NCBI RefSeq assembly: GCF_006345805.1
Contig: NC_043023.1
Span: 17,050,001-17,114,000 of the forward strand
Length of the DNA: 64,000 nt
Reading direction: 5' to 3'
From: Octopus sinensis
Lineage: Eukaryota
The notes beneath the pieces are model-generated. The model saw only the letters and a program-made list of their open reading frames with translations. It was not told the origin of the DNA and did not search any database. Positions 38,696 through 50,487 of this stretch are shown in pieces. The translations under genes were made by a program, and so were the position numbers. The number at the start of each line of letters is the position of its first letter. Within the stretch, counting starts at the first letter, position 1.

Positions 38696-39218
38696 TAAGC
38701 GTGCATATTAAGACATGCTTTGTTTTTTTCAATGAAAAAAGTTTCTTTATTCTAAATCGTTTAAATAAACAACCTTTTTTCGTTGAAAAATACAAAACAC
38801 GTCTAAATATGCACGCTTAACGAACTTTTATCTTTTTACATATTTCAATTCACGATTACATCACGGTACATAACACCCCTTACTAAACAAGGTTTTTGAA
38901 AATTGTGTGCGTCTGTACACGTATACATATTCCCCCCCCCATTACCGAAAGCTGAACAGTTATCTCCCTTACTCACAACAATAACAATAATAACGACAAC
39001 CAGTTACCTCCCTTTATATATCTACTTGTAAGGCATTCACTCGTGAATTTCATTACTCACAACATGAACAAATTTTCTTCTTAAGAAAAAATAAAAATTC
39101 AAATACAGAAAACATAATATCATGAATAGCGATAGCGAAACTGGTCGATATATTAAAAATTATATTAAAAGTATGTAAGTGTGCGTATTTTCCATTTTTA
39201 ATTTCCTATATATATGTG

Positions 39219-39277
<59 letters not shown>

Positions 39278-40361
39278 CATATAACTATCTCCTTTAGTAG
39301 TAGCTCCAAAGAAATCAAATTAATTTATTACTCTTCTGTACCGATTATCTTCCCCGTACATTTATTTGTGTGTGTCTTTATGTATGTATGTATGTATGTA
39401 TGTATGTATGTATGTATGTATGTATGTATGTATATATGTATCCTATCAAAACCTTTAGCCGAACCGCTAGGTTACGGGGACATAAACACTGCAGCATCGG
39501 TTGTCAAGCAGGCGATTTGGGGGGTACAGACACAGACACAAAAGCATACACACGCACACACACACATATATATGTATATATATATATATATATAATATAT
39601 ATAATATATATATATATATGTATATATATACGAGGTCTGATCAATAAGTATCCGGATTGTTCCGAGAGGGAATAAGCTGAAGCATGCTGGGTAAAACCGC
39701 TTGGCAAAAAGTGGCCTGGGACTCTTTTGTGCAAGAGCGTTAAGTCTTAGGGCTCTAGCTCATTTCTGCTGTTTACAGCAGTGCTTGGAAGGAAGATGTG
39801 TAGCGTGTGATCGTCGCATTGACCACGACAGAGAAAGTTGGTTATGCGTGCAAATTAAGACGTGCTTTGTATTTTTCAATGAAAAAAGTTTCTTTATTCT
39901 AAATCGTTTAAATAAAGAACCATTTTTCATTGAAAAATACAAAACACGTCTAAATATAAATAACCAACTTTTATCTTTTTACATATTTCAATTCACGATT
40001 ACATCACTGTACATAAATCCCCTTACTAAACAAGGTTTTTGAAAATTGTGTATGTCTGTACACGTATACATATTTCCCCTCCCATTACCGAAAGCTGAAC
40101 AGTTATCTCCCTTACTCACAACAATAACAATAATAACGACAACGAGTTACGTCCCTTTATATATCTACTTGTGAAGTCATTCACTCGTGAATTTCATTAC
40201 TCACATCATTGACAAAATTTCTTCTTAAGAAAAAATTCAAAATTCAAATAAGGAAAATTTAATATCATGAATAGCGATAGCGTGACTGGTCGATATATTA
40301 CAAATTATATTAAAACTATGTAAGTGTGCGTATTTTCCTTTTTTAATTTCTTATATATATA

Positions 40362-40962
40362 TATGGTCACCATCCAGTGTCAAGTTGATCACAGAACTCG
40401 AGGCGATCCAACGTAGCTACACGAAGAAGATAGCCTCTATGCAGAATGTAAGCTACTGGGAAAGACTCAAGAGATTAAAACTATATTCCCTGGAGCGTAG
40501 GCGGGAAAGATATGTCATAATATACATCTGGAAGATCCTGGAGAGACGTGTCCTGAACTTTGGCATCGAGAGTTACACAAATGCCAGAACTGGGCGCCAC
40601 TGCGTGGTGCCTAGGACTCCATACTTGCCATCAAGATGTACGACAAGATTCTGTGATAGCCTGGGCTTCCGAGGCCCACAGCTCTTCAATATCCTCCCGA
40701 AGAACCTGAGAGACCTGCATGGGGTGGAAGCAGATGTCTTTAAAATGAAGCTGGATCTCTTCCTGTCAGGTGTCCCAGATGAACCAACTTCACGGCAGGA
40801 GGGGCAGATGAGGGCAGTTGCATCGAACTCTCTCATGCACCAAATGGCAGTTGCTAGAAAGCTTCGTGAAGTGAAACCAAGTAGCAACACCAAATGGCGG
40901 TGCCCCAGCATGGCCACAGCTCATAAGCTGAAACTAGAATCAATCAATCAATCAATCAATCA
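40362..40962 (+). mobile_element. 5'-truncated CR1-clade LINE inserted in (TA)n
   Basis: ORF 40385..40999 with LYSLERRRERY...FNILPK...FK..LD; (ATCA)n tail; near-identical to 55837-56435. Confidence 0.9.
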
Positions 40963-41289
40963 TATATATATATGTGTGTGTGTGTGTGTGTACATATAAC
41001 TGTCTTCTGTAGTTGTAGCTCCAAAGAAGTCAAATTACTTATTACTCTTCTGTACCGATTATGTTCCCTGTACATTTATTTGTGTGTGTTTATGTATGTA
41101 TGTATATATATATATATTATATATATATATATTATATATATATATATATAATATATATATATATACCGGAGTAAACACATAAATGTGAAACAAGGTGGAA
41201 AAAAGAGTACTCAAATACCAGTGGTAGAGTAATATGCTTTATTTATTCTGCTGCTTAAAATAAAGTATATATATATATATATATAATAT

Positions 41290-41469
41290 CCTTTCAGAAT
41301 CTTTGCCAAACCGCTAGGTTACGGGGACATAAACACACCAGCATCGGGTGTGAAGCAGGCGAATTTGCGGCTACAGACACAGACACACAAGCACACACAC
41401 ACATAGACACACACACACACACACATACACACACACACACACAACACACACACACACACACAAACATAT

Positions 41470-41505
<36 letters not shown>

Positions 41506-41645
41506 CACGACGGGCTTCTTTCAATTTTTTCTACAAAATCGACTCACGAGGTTTGGTCGGCCCGAGGCTCTATAGTAGAAGATCACGCAATTGGAATGAA
41601 CCCGGAACCATGTGGTTGGTAAGCAAGCTACTTACCACGCAGCTA
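41290..41645 (-). mobile_element. SINE (family of 9930-10352)
   Basis: accgctaggttacggggacataaacacacc...gacgggcttctttca...accatgtggttggtaagcaagc. Confidence 0.75.
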
Positions 41646-42117
41646 TATATATATTACTCTTTTCTCTTTACTCTTTTACTTGTTTCAGTCATTTGACTGC
41701 GGGAATGATGGAGCACCGCTTTTAGTCGAGCAAATCGACCCCGGGACTTATTCTTTGTAAGCCCAGTACTTATTCTATCAGTCTCTTTTGTCGACCGGGA
41801 CGTAAACACACCAGCATCGGTTGTCAAGCAATGCTAGGGGTCAAACACAGACACACAATCACACACACACATACATACATATACATATATATATAATTAT
41901 ATATATATTATATATATATATAATAATAATAATAATAAATATTAGGGAATAAATCCAAATTTACAGGGAAAAATCAGATTAAGGACTGAATCCAATTTTA
42001 TAGTAAAATATTATATAATATTAATTAGAGACAAAACCACTATTATGCAAATCAAACAAAGAAAGACTTAATCCAATACATAAAAAAATTTATATAAATT
42101 AAATAAAATTAAATTCG

Positions 42118-42163
42118 CCACTACAATTGTTTCGTGTCTCTTCTAAGGACATTCATCAGGTGG
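42118..42163 (-). ncRNA. Minimal type I hammerhead ribozyme motif
   Basis: Reverse complement reads ccac CTGATGA atgtccttagaagagacac GAAA caattg TA gtgg. Confidence 0.8.
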
Positions 42164-42212
42164 TATTCAGATCTTCTATTCAATTTCAAGTTATGAATAG
42201 AAGATCTGAATA

Positions 42213-42258
42213 CCACCTGATGAATGTCCTCAGAAGAGACACGAAACAATTGTAGTGG
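42213..42258 (+). ncRNA. Minimal type I hammerhead ribozyme motif
   Basis: Stem I ccac/gtgg; CTGATGA 42217-42223; stem II tgtc/gaca; GAAA 42243-42246; palindromic stem III acaattgt; GUA triplet 42252-42254. Confidence 0.82.
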
Positions 42259-42361
42259 CGAATTTAATTTGTTTAATTTATATAATTTTTTTATGTATGG
42301 ATAAGTCTTTCTTTGTTTGATTTGCATAATAGTGGTTTTGTCTCTAATTAATATAATATTA

Positions 42362-42416
<55 letters not shown>

Positions 42417-42596
42417 TACGACAGGCTTATTACAGTTTCGTCAACCGAATCCACTCACAAGATGCCACGCGTGGAACTGAACCCAGAACCATGTGGTTGT
42501 TTAGCAAGCTACTTACCACATATATATATATAAACGTATAGAGGGAGACAGACAAACAGACATATAGACAGACAGACAGACAACTAGATAAATAGT

Positions 42597-42681
<85 letters not shown>

Positions 42682-43277
42682 GTGTGCGCGCGTGTGTCTG
42701 GGACGGGATTCTTTCAGTTTTCGTCAATCATACATACATTCGCAAGGGTTTTGTCGGCTCAGATTTAAACTAAATTGCCCCTGCCGCTGGTGCCACGCAG
42801 TGGGACAGAACCCAGAGCTATGTGGTTGGAAAGGAAACCTCTTACTCTATAGGAAGACCTGCACCTAAAATCAGTGCCATTCCTGTGACGGGAATGGAAC
42901 CCGTGGCGCCTGGTTGATATTCAGGAATCCTAACTTCTATATCCTTAAATATTACTCATTATCTGAAACATAACTATTTTTACACTGGTAGAAAATCAGG
43001 ATTTTTCTTAAGCAAAGATATAAGATTGAATCGATGTTACTCAATATTCGTTTTCTCATTTCGTTAAAAACGAAAGTGAAAGTCGAATCGAGATTAGATA
43101 GTAGCATTTTAATTCGAGAGACGTTCATTGATTCTCTCATTCACAGCTCTTTGTCTATAAATGATTTCTTTTATGGACGTAAGGAACATACGAGACACAC
43201 AGACGAACTACAATATCCGCCACGCTGGGATTCTAAAGAGAATGTAAAGGGACGTGACTGAATACTAAAGATATTTT

Positions 43278-43937
43278 ATCAGTCGATTCATGATTTCTAC
43301 AAATCCATCCATGTCCTTTCCGTTCTCTGTGGAATTGAGAAATGATAACAGTAAACCGAATGTAACGAAAGCACAATCAGCTACAGTATTCTAGATGTTA
43401 GAATTATAAAATTAATTCCAGTAATAATCTCTCTTTGTTGATTCATATTATATGCCTCTTGTATGAATAAAATACTTACTCTATCAGGTCTAGTCAGAAA
43501 ACCAGACCTGATAGAGAAAAACTGGAGTAGGTTTTGAATTTAGAAGGCAAAATCACTTGGAATTCCTTGAAATATTCCAGGCACCAGACAAGAAAAAATT
43601 TGCCCAGTTTTATTTATTTTTATATTCAACAGCACGCTAATCCTTATCCTAAGATTTATTACCCTATTTTCATATCTATTCATTTATTTTAAATCTGTCT
43701 ATCCCCATTAAATCCTAAATCACAGTAAAATTCGAAATCAGAACGTTAAGTTTCAAGACAGAGTAGAAAGGATAGTTGATCAGTCGATCCATGATTTCTA
43801 CAAATCTACCCCTGTCCTTTCAATTTTCACTGGGAGTGGGAAATGAAAATGGTAAACCGAGTGTAATAAAAGCACAAGTCAGCTACAGTATTTTATATCA
43901 TTAGATAAAAAACAATTCAGTAATTATCTCTCTTTTC
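43278..43937. repeat. Diverged ~160-bp direct duplication (43278-43436 and 43780-43937)
   Basis: Shared atcagtcgat(t/c)catgatttctacaaatc...gtaaaccga...aaagcacaa(g)tcagctacagtatt. Confidence 0.75.
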
Positions 43938-44416
43938 ATTCTTATATTATTAATTCACTACCTTCAAGGTTCATGACTGTTACAGGGTTGTTAAGTAAAT
44001 TTCACTTCTAGTTGCAAAACCGACCAACCAAACGTGTCTCACTGCAAACAATAAGCTTCTGCCTTTTAATGTTTCCTTTTCCTAGTCTCGATAAACAAGC
44101 TTTGTTATATTTATTCCTATTCTCTTCGTTCTGATAATTTCAGAATAAATTCAGGATATTTCACAGTTTATTTCTTCGCTGGCTAACTTGAACTTTCTTT
44201 CCCTCTTACTCCAGAAGTCGTCGCCAGGTAATTTCACTTTTCGTTAAATAAGTTCTTAAATTCAAGGTCTTATATTCATTTGTCTTTCTCTCCAGAATGC
44301 TTTGCTCTTCAGAAGGTAAGTAAATTATCAGTTTTACCCGTAGCTTTGTTAGGTTATCAACAGCAACTGTTACTATCCATCGATCTTAGCAATTAAACCG
44401 CTTGAAAGAAGTTTAC

Positions 44417-44870
44417 TGCGTTTGTATGCAAGGTAATCGAAACGATTTTATATTAACTTGGCAATATATCGATAGCTTTAAATTTTTAATTATGCACTAG
44501 ATAAATTACACTTAATGCCCTCGAAAAAAAACAGTGGTCAACGATTACATGAAGAGAATCCATATCTTCTTGAAATGAAGCCTTGCTTTGGATTGTATTT
44601 TGATTTAAAGTAAACGTTGTCTAGATACCAAACTGAGAAATTTAAAAAATCTGTAAAACTTTCATTAAAATATATATATAAACATGTCTACATATGCAAC
44701 TATATCCTTTAGAAGACATACATAAAGTAAAACATACAAATCTACACATATACATAAAAATATACCCTGATGTTGAAATTCCAATCAAGGACTCATGAAT
44801 CTAGGTTAGAAACCAGCTCTTTCTCTATAGGCAAGAGATCTTGAAATAAAACTGAACAATGAAATTCATA
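44417..44870. repeat. ~450-bp segment duplicated at 52856-53326
   Basis: Both run from gcgtttgtatgcaaggtaatcgaaacg to ttgaaataaaac(t/a)gaacaatga and are followed by (TACA)n. Confidence 0.85.
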
Positions 44871-45125
44871 CATACATACATACTTACATACATACACACA
44901 TATAAACATACACAAATACTTACATACATAAACATATATACATACATACATATAGATACATTACATAATGCATATATTTATACATAAATAATATATATAC
45001 ATACATACATACATACATATATACATACATACATACATATGTACATACATACATACGTGAATATATATATACATACATACATATAAATACATACATACAT
45101 AACATACATAGATATATATAATATA

Positions 45126-45514
45126 CTAGCAGTATCGCCCGGCGTTGCTCGGGTTTGTAAGGGAAATAATTATATAAAGCATTTTTAGAGATGTAAAGTA
45201 TAATAGCCATCTCAATATGGCTAACCACAAAGGGGGAGGGGGTGTTACTGTAGCTTTTTACGTTCTGAGATTAATAATAAATTTTAGAGAGTTACTTCCC
45301 TATATATGTCAAAAATGGATTAAAAATGGGAAAAATTGATGTAAATTTTTTTTTAAATCGTAGACTCATCGTAGACGCGCGCTAATACCCAGACGGTCTC
45401 GATATGATCACGACTATAAGATACCCGGTTGGGTTAAACTGCACCGCAAAATGGGGGAGTTAGGAATCTAAATCGTAGGAGACAGACACACAACCTCACT
45501 TTTATATATAAAGA
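45126..45514 (-). mobile_element. Non-autonomous Helitron
   Basis: Reverse complement of 11581-11982, with TC start, hairpin and CTAG end. Confidence 0.85.
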
Positions 45515-45576
45515 TTTCCTCTATTTACATAATATTGAGGTCTCTTTCTTCTTTTGTTATCTTACTGTTTTTACCA

Positions 45577-45607
<31 letters not shown>

Positions 45608-45617
45608 AATATATATA

Positions 45618-45935
45618 GTTACAGAGATGTACTTGCATAGCAAGTGACTTGATCTGAGATCGTGTGCTGGAACGAAACAGTTGCAGCGTTGAAGGTGTTT
45701 ATAAGCCATTTAAGAAACACACAAAACCGTTAGATTCACTTCAACATTAAATTTAATTTGTCAAAATATTTTCATCGCTTTGAGACCGCGACCTGTTAGC
45801 ACGATATTTTGTCAGTGAACAGGTCGCGGTCTCAAAGCGACGAAAATATTTTGGCAAATTAAATTTAAATGTTGAAGTGAATGTAACGGTTTTTGTGTGG
45901 TTCTTAAATGGCTTACAAACACCTTCCACGCTGCA
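45618..45935. mobile_element. Fold-back element (arms 45682-45797 and 45818-45935) in (TA)n
   Basis: ~115-bp inverted repeat, tgcagcgttgaaggtgttt... versus ...aaacaccttccacgctgca. Confidence 0.75.
45808..45858 (+). ncRNA. Candidate variant type I hammerhead (G3-C8 core)
   Basis: Stem I tttgtca/tggcaaa; core GTGAACA; one extra g; stem II gtcgc/gcgac; GAAA 45842-45845; palindromic aatatt; UUU triplet. Confidence 0.55.
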
Positions 45936-46294
45936 TATATAATACAACACATATATATATGTATGTATGTATGTATGTGTGTATATGTGTATGCAGTATG
46001 TGTGTGTGTGCGTGTCTGTGCTTGTGATTGTCCTCCACCACTGCTTGACAACGAATGTTGGTTTGTTTACATCCCTGTCACCTAGTGGTTTGACAAAGGA
46101 AACAGATAGAATAAGTACAATGCTTACAAAAATAAAAGTGGAGTTGATTCATTAAAACTACAATTCTTCAAGGCATTGCCCCAGCATGGCCACAGACCAA
46201 TGGCTGAAAAAGCAGAAGAATAAAAGAATACATTCTCTGCTTTGGTCTTATGTTCAAGGCATGAGAAAGCTTGAGTTTACATGAGAAGGCCTAA

Positions 46295-46625
46295 CAGACC
46301 TGGTAGAAACAGCAGCCAAATCTCCCTCAAATCACACCTTACTGTCTTATGTATGTATATATGAGCCAATGAGGGGGACCTCTACATGGTAGCTAGACCT
46401 GGTAGAAATAGCAGCCAAATTTCCCCCAAATCACACCTTACTGTCTTATCTATGTATATATGTATGTATGAGCCTATGAGGGAGACCCCTACATGGCAGC
46501 TAGACCTGGTAGAAATAGCAGCCAAAATTTTGTATGTATGAGCCTATGAGGGAGACCCCTACATGGCAGCTAGACATGGTAGAAATAGCAGCCAAATCTC
46601 CCTCAAATCACACCTACTGTCTTAT
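46295..46625 (+). repeat. 4x imperfect tandem of agacctggtagaaatagcagccaaatctccctcaaatcacacc
   Basis: Copies at ~46297, 46395, 46502 and 46572. Confidence 0.8.
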
Positions 46626-46869
46626 CTTTCTGCTACTTGGATATAGCTGTTATATTCGTCGTAAAAAACTTTCCTGTCACACACTCACGCACAACACCAC
46701 ACACACAACGCACCCTCACACACACACACACACGCGCACACCCACACACACCCACTCACACACACGCACGTTAGCTTACAATTTTATTTATATATTTGCG
46801 TGTCTTTGTGTGGAAAGAGGATGTGGGAGGCAGAGGCAGAGTGAAAGAATCACTCACTACAGTAAGTCA

Positions 46870-47139
46870 TTACTTTCATTTTATTCGTTGCCCACTGTGT
46901 GTGCGTTTGCGTGTGGTGTAAACCAGACTAAGAAAAGCATTTGACACACACACCAGAATGTGAGTTTTCTGTAAATTTTGCTTAATTGGAGTTTAAATTT
47001 TAAAAACTGGACCTGGCATGACACGATGCATGTGTACTCTCAAAAATGCTAGGTAAATTGTAATTGAAGAAATCCTATATTGTAGATTTGTATAACTCCC
47101 AAAGGGAGGCAGATAAAATCTGCCTTTTATAATAAGAGA
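46870..47139 (-). mobile_element. Helitron-like 5' end; inverted partner at 48521-48788
   Basis: a|tctcttattataaaagg start with subterminal palindrome aggcagattttatctgcct. Confidence 0.6.
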
Positions 47140-48434
47140 TACATACATACATATATAATTCTACATAGATACATATATATACATACATACATATCTACAT
47201 ATATGCATACATGCACTTACACATCCATACATACATACATACATACATGAATGCATACCTACATACCATACATACACACACACATACATACGTACCTACC
47301 CACCTACATACATACATACATACATACATGCATACATACATACATAAATATATACATACATACATATATAGATACATACATACATATATACATATATATA
47401 TGCATACATATATAAATACAAACAGGGACACATACACACATACATATATACGTTCATACATACACGCACATACAGACATACATACATATACATACATACA
47501 TACATACATATATACATACATACGAACATACGTACATACACATATTTACATACATACATACACACAAACATACATACATACAAACATACATACATACACA
47601 CCTGCACACATACACAAATACATACATATATAAACACATACATAGATACATACATACAAACATACATACATGCATATATACATACATACAAATATACACA
47701 CATACATACCTACATACATACATATATAATTACATACATACATACATATATATATATACATACATACATACATATATACCTATATACATACATACATACA
47801 CACATACATACATACATATATACATACATACATATGCATACATTCATACATTCATACATATATATATACATATATACATATACATATATACGTATGTATA
47901 CATTTATACATACATACATATATATACATATATACATATATAAATACATACATACATACATACTTACATACAAACATATATATACATACATACATATATA
48001 TACATACATACATATATACATACATATATACATACATACATACATATATACATATATACATACGTACATACATACAAACATACACACACATAGATACATA
48101 CATGCATACATACATACATAAATACATACATACATATACATACATTCATGCATACATACATATATATATGTATACATACATTCATATATATACAAACATA
48201 CGTACATACATATATATACATACATACATATATATATACATACGTATATATATACATACATACATATATATATACATATATACGTACATACATACATACA
48301 TACACACATACATAATTACATATATACAAATATATACATACCAATATATACATACATACACACAGACATATACATACATATATATATATACATACATACA
48401 TATATACATACATACATACATACATATATTTATA

Positions 48435-48475
<41 letters not shown>

Positions 48476-48520
48476 ATATACATACATACGTATATATACA
48501 TACATGCATACATATATATA
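47140..48520. repeat. Degenerate (TACA)n/(TA)n field
   Basis: Directly visible. Confidence 0.95.
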
Positions 48521-48788
48521 TCTCTTATTATAAAAGGCAGATTTTATCTGCCTCCCTTGGGAGTTATACAAATCAAACAATATAGGATTTCTTCAATTAC
48601 AATTTACCTAGCATTTTAAGAGTACAACGCATCGCGTCATGCCAGGTCCAGTTTTAAAATTAAACTCCAATTAAGCAAAATTTACAGAAAACTCACATTC
48701 TGGTGTGTGTGTCAAATGCTTTTCTTAGTCTGGTTTACACCACACGCAAACGCACACACACAGTGGGCAACGAATAAAATGAAAGTAA
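48521..48788 (+). mobile_element. Helitron-like 5' end (inverted copy of 46870-47139)
   Basis: ~270-bp reverse-complement identity. Confidence 0.6.
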
Positions 48789-49209
48789 ATAGAGACAGAG
48801 TGATTGAGGAAGACTAAAGTGAAAGTATTCTGTCTATGACGCTGATAGATACATGAGTAAAATGTATGGGAAGCTAAGAGCTAAGAGTGAGTGAAAATGT
48901 TCTTGGAAGAGAGTAATTAGTAAAAGTAAACATACACTCATACATATATACATACATACATACATACATACACACACACATACACACACATACATACACA
49001 CACACATACATACATACACAACATACATACATACATACAAATACATACAATACATACATACATACATACATACATACATACACACACACACATACACACA
49101 CACAGAGTATGAAGCTTGAGAACAATCAGATACATTTGCAACACATCTGTTGAAAATATTATTGTTCACACACATACATATACATATATACATACAGACA
49201 GACAGACAG

Positions 49210-49240
<31 letters not shown>

Positions 49241-49299
49241 ATCCAGCATGGCCACAACCTCAAGGCTGAAACATATAAAAGAATAACAGAATATAAATG

Positions 49300-49651
49300 T
49301 GTGCAAAGTACAAGAAATATTAATGCAGTATATGGGGATTGGACAATAAGCGTAAGGCAGTGTCAATGGTGGTTCCAGAAATCCCGAGCCATAAACTACA
49401 GCCTAGAAGACGAGCCTCATCCTGAAAGATCTGTAGAACTCGACAAGGACATCCTGAAAACCCGTGGAACAAAATATCATCGTAAACTGTTGAGGAACTA
49501 GCAGAGAAGCTTGGATTTGGTCATTCAACATTCATTTGACACCTGTGTGCTATCGGAAAAGTCAGCAAATTGGGTCAAGGGTTCCTCACGAACTTTCCGA
49601 GTCTAATTGCATGCAGAGAGTGAATGTATGCTTTTCTTGCTGTCATATCTC
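49300..49651 (+). mobile_element. Mariner transposase pseudogene fragment (N-terminal HTH region)
   Basis: STRNINAVYGDWTISVRQCQWWFQK...SLEDEPHPERSVELD...VEELAEKLGFGHST...IGKVSKLG..VPHELSE with frameshifts; WVPHEL-type motif. Confidence 0.88.
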
Positions 49652-49672
49652 ACCACTACTGCGCTATGTATA

Positions 49673-50317
49673 TCTATATATATAAAACTGTAGTTGTGTG
49701 AGTGTCTGTCCCCTTTGATTTTGATTCCTAACTACTCCCACATTTTGCGGTACAGTTTAACCAAATTCGGGTAGCTAATAGTCGTGATTCATATCGAGCC
49801 CGTCTGAATATTAGCGCGCGTCTACGATGAGTCTACGATTTAAAAATAATTTAACATAATTTTTTATTCCATTTTAATGCATAATTTTCGTGTGTCGATG
49901 GCGGCGGAGTTGGCGTCCACGCTCACACCTGCACCTGTGGGGAAGGGAGTGGTAAGGAAAGTGTAGGAAATCAACGTCGTAATGCGTTGTCAAGGAGACC
50001 AGTGTTCTTTTAGAACAACGACTTCATGGCTTGAAGACACCAAAACAGAAATGGCTAAGAAAGGGTCTACATGAGTCTACGATTTAAAAAAAAATTTGCC
50101 ATCGTTTTTTTCCATTTTAATACATTTTTTCGCTATTATATAAGGGAAGTAACTCTCTAAAAATGTCTACGATGAGTCAACGATTTAAAAAAAAATTTAC
50201 CATCATTTTATTTCCATTTTTAATGCATTCTTTGCTATTTTTTGGCTATAACTCTCTAAAAATGCTTATATAATTATTTCCCTTACAAACCCGAGCAACG
50301 CCGGGCGATACTGCTAG
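49673..50317 (+). mobile_element. Non-autonomous Helitron, longer variant with an extra internal segment
   Basis: a|TC start, hairpin cccgagcaacgccggg, CTAG|t end; reiterated gtctacgatttaaaaa blocks. Confidence 0.85.
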
Positions 50318-50334
50318 TATATATATATATATAT

Positions 50335-50389
<55 letters not shown>

Positions 50390-50390
50390 C

Positions 50391-50421
<31 letters not shown>

Positions 50422-50439
50422 CATACATACATACGTACA

Positions 50440-50475
<36 letters not shown>

Positions 50476-50487
50476 CATATATATTTA

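Larger units (their letters stand above)
37359..41510. repeat. Tandem triplication of a ~1.13-kb composite unit (starts 37359, 38484, 39631)
   Basis: Each unit consists of a mariner-like end cgaggtctgatcaataagtat(c/a)cgga, ~600 bp non-TE-looking DNA, microsatellites and a SINE fragment; unit 3 carries a LINE insertion. Confidence 0.9.
41940..42365. mobile_element. Long fold-back element (arms ~42008-42182 and 42194-~42365, 11-nt loop), probable Penelope-like pLTR pair
   Basis: Near-perfect ~170-bp inverted repeat flanked by (TA)n; each arm carries a hammerhead motif. Confidence 0.75.
41657..42520 (-). mobile_element. SINE split by the hammerhead palindrome in its internal microsatellite
   Basis: Tail at 41657-41860, head at 42415-42520. 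Confidence 0.7.

Noticed and set aside
41165-41270. Fourth ribozyme fold-back element in (TA)n (also ~37025-37238)
   Set aside because: These are non-microsatellite inserts in or beside TA tracts, but only a very short or no inverted repeat and no hammerhead core are visible.
42845-42945. Minus-strand exon EVRIPEYQPGATGSIPVTG
   Set aside because: The nucleotide sequence resembles a decayed SINE head (gggttccattccc B-box-like, ggcac...gtcttcctatag).
44765-44825. Hammerhead at ccctgatgttg...ttagaaaccagctc (also at 53224)
   Set aside because: The core reads CTGATGT, and no convincing stem I or stem II can be drawn; at most a decayed relic.
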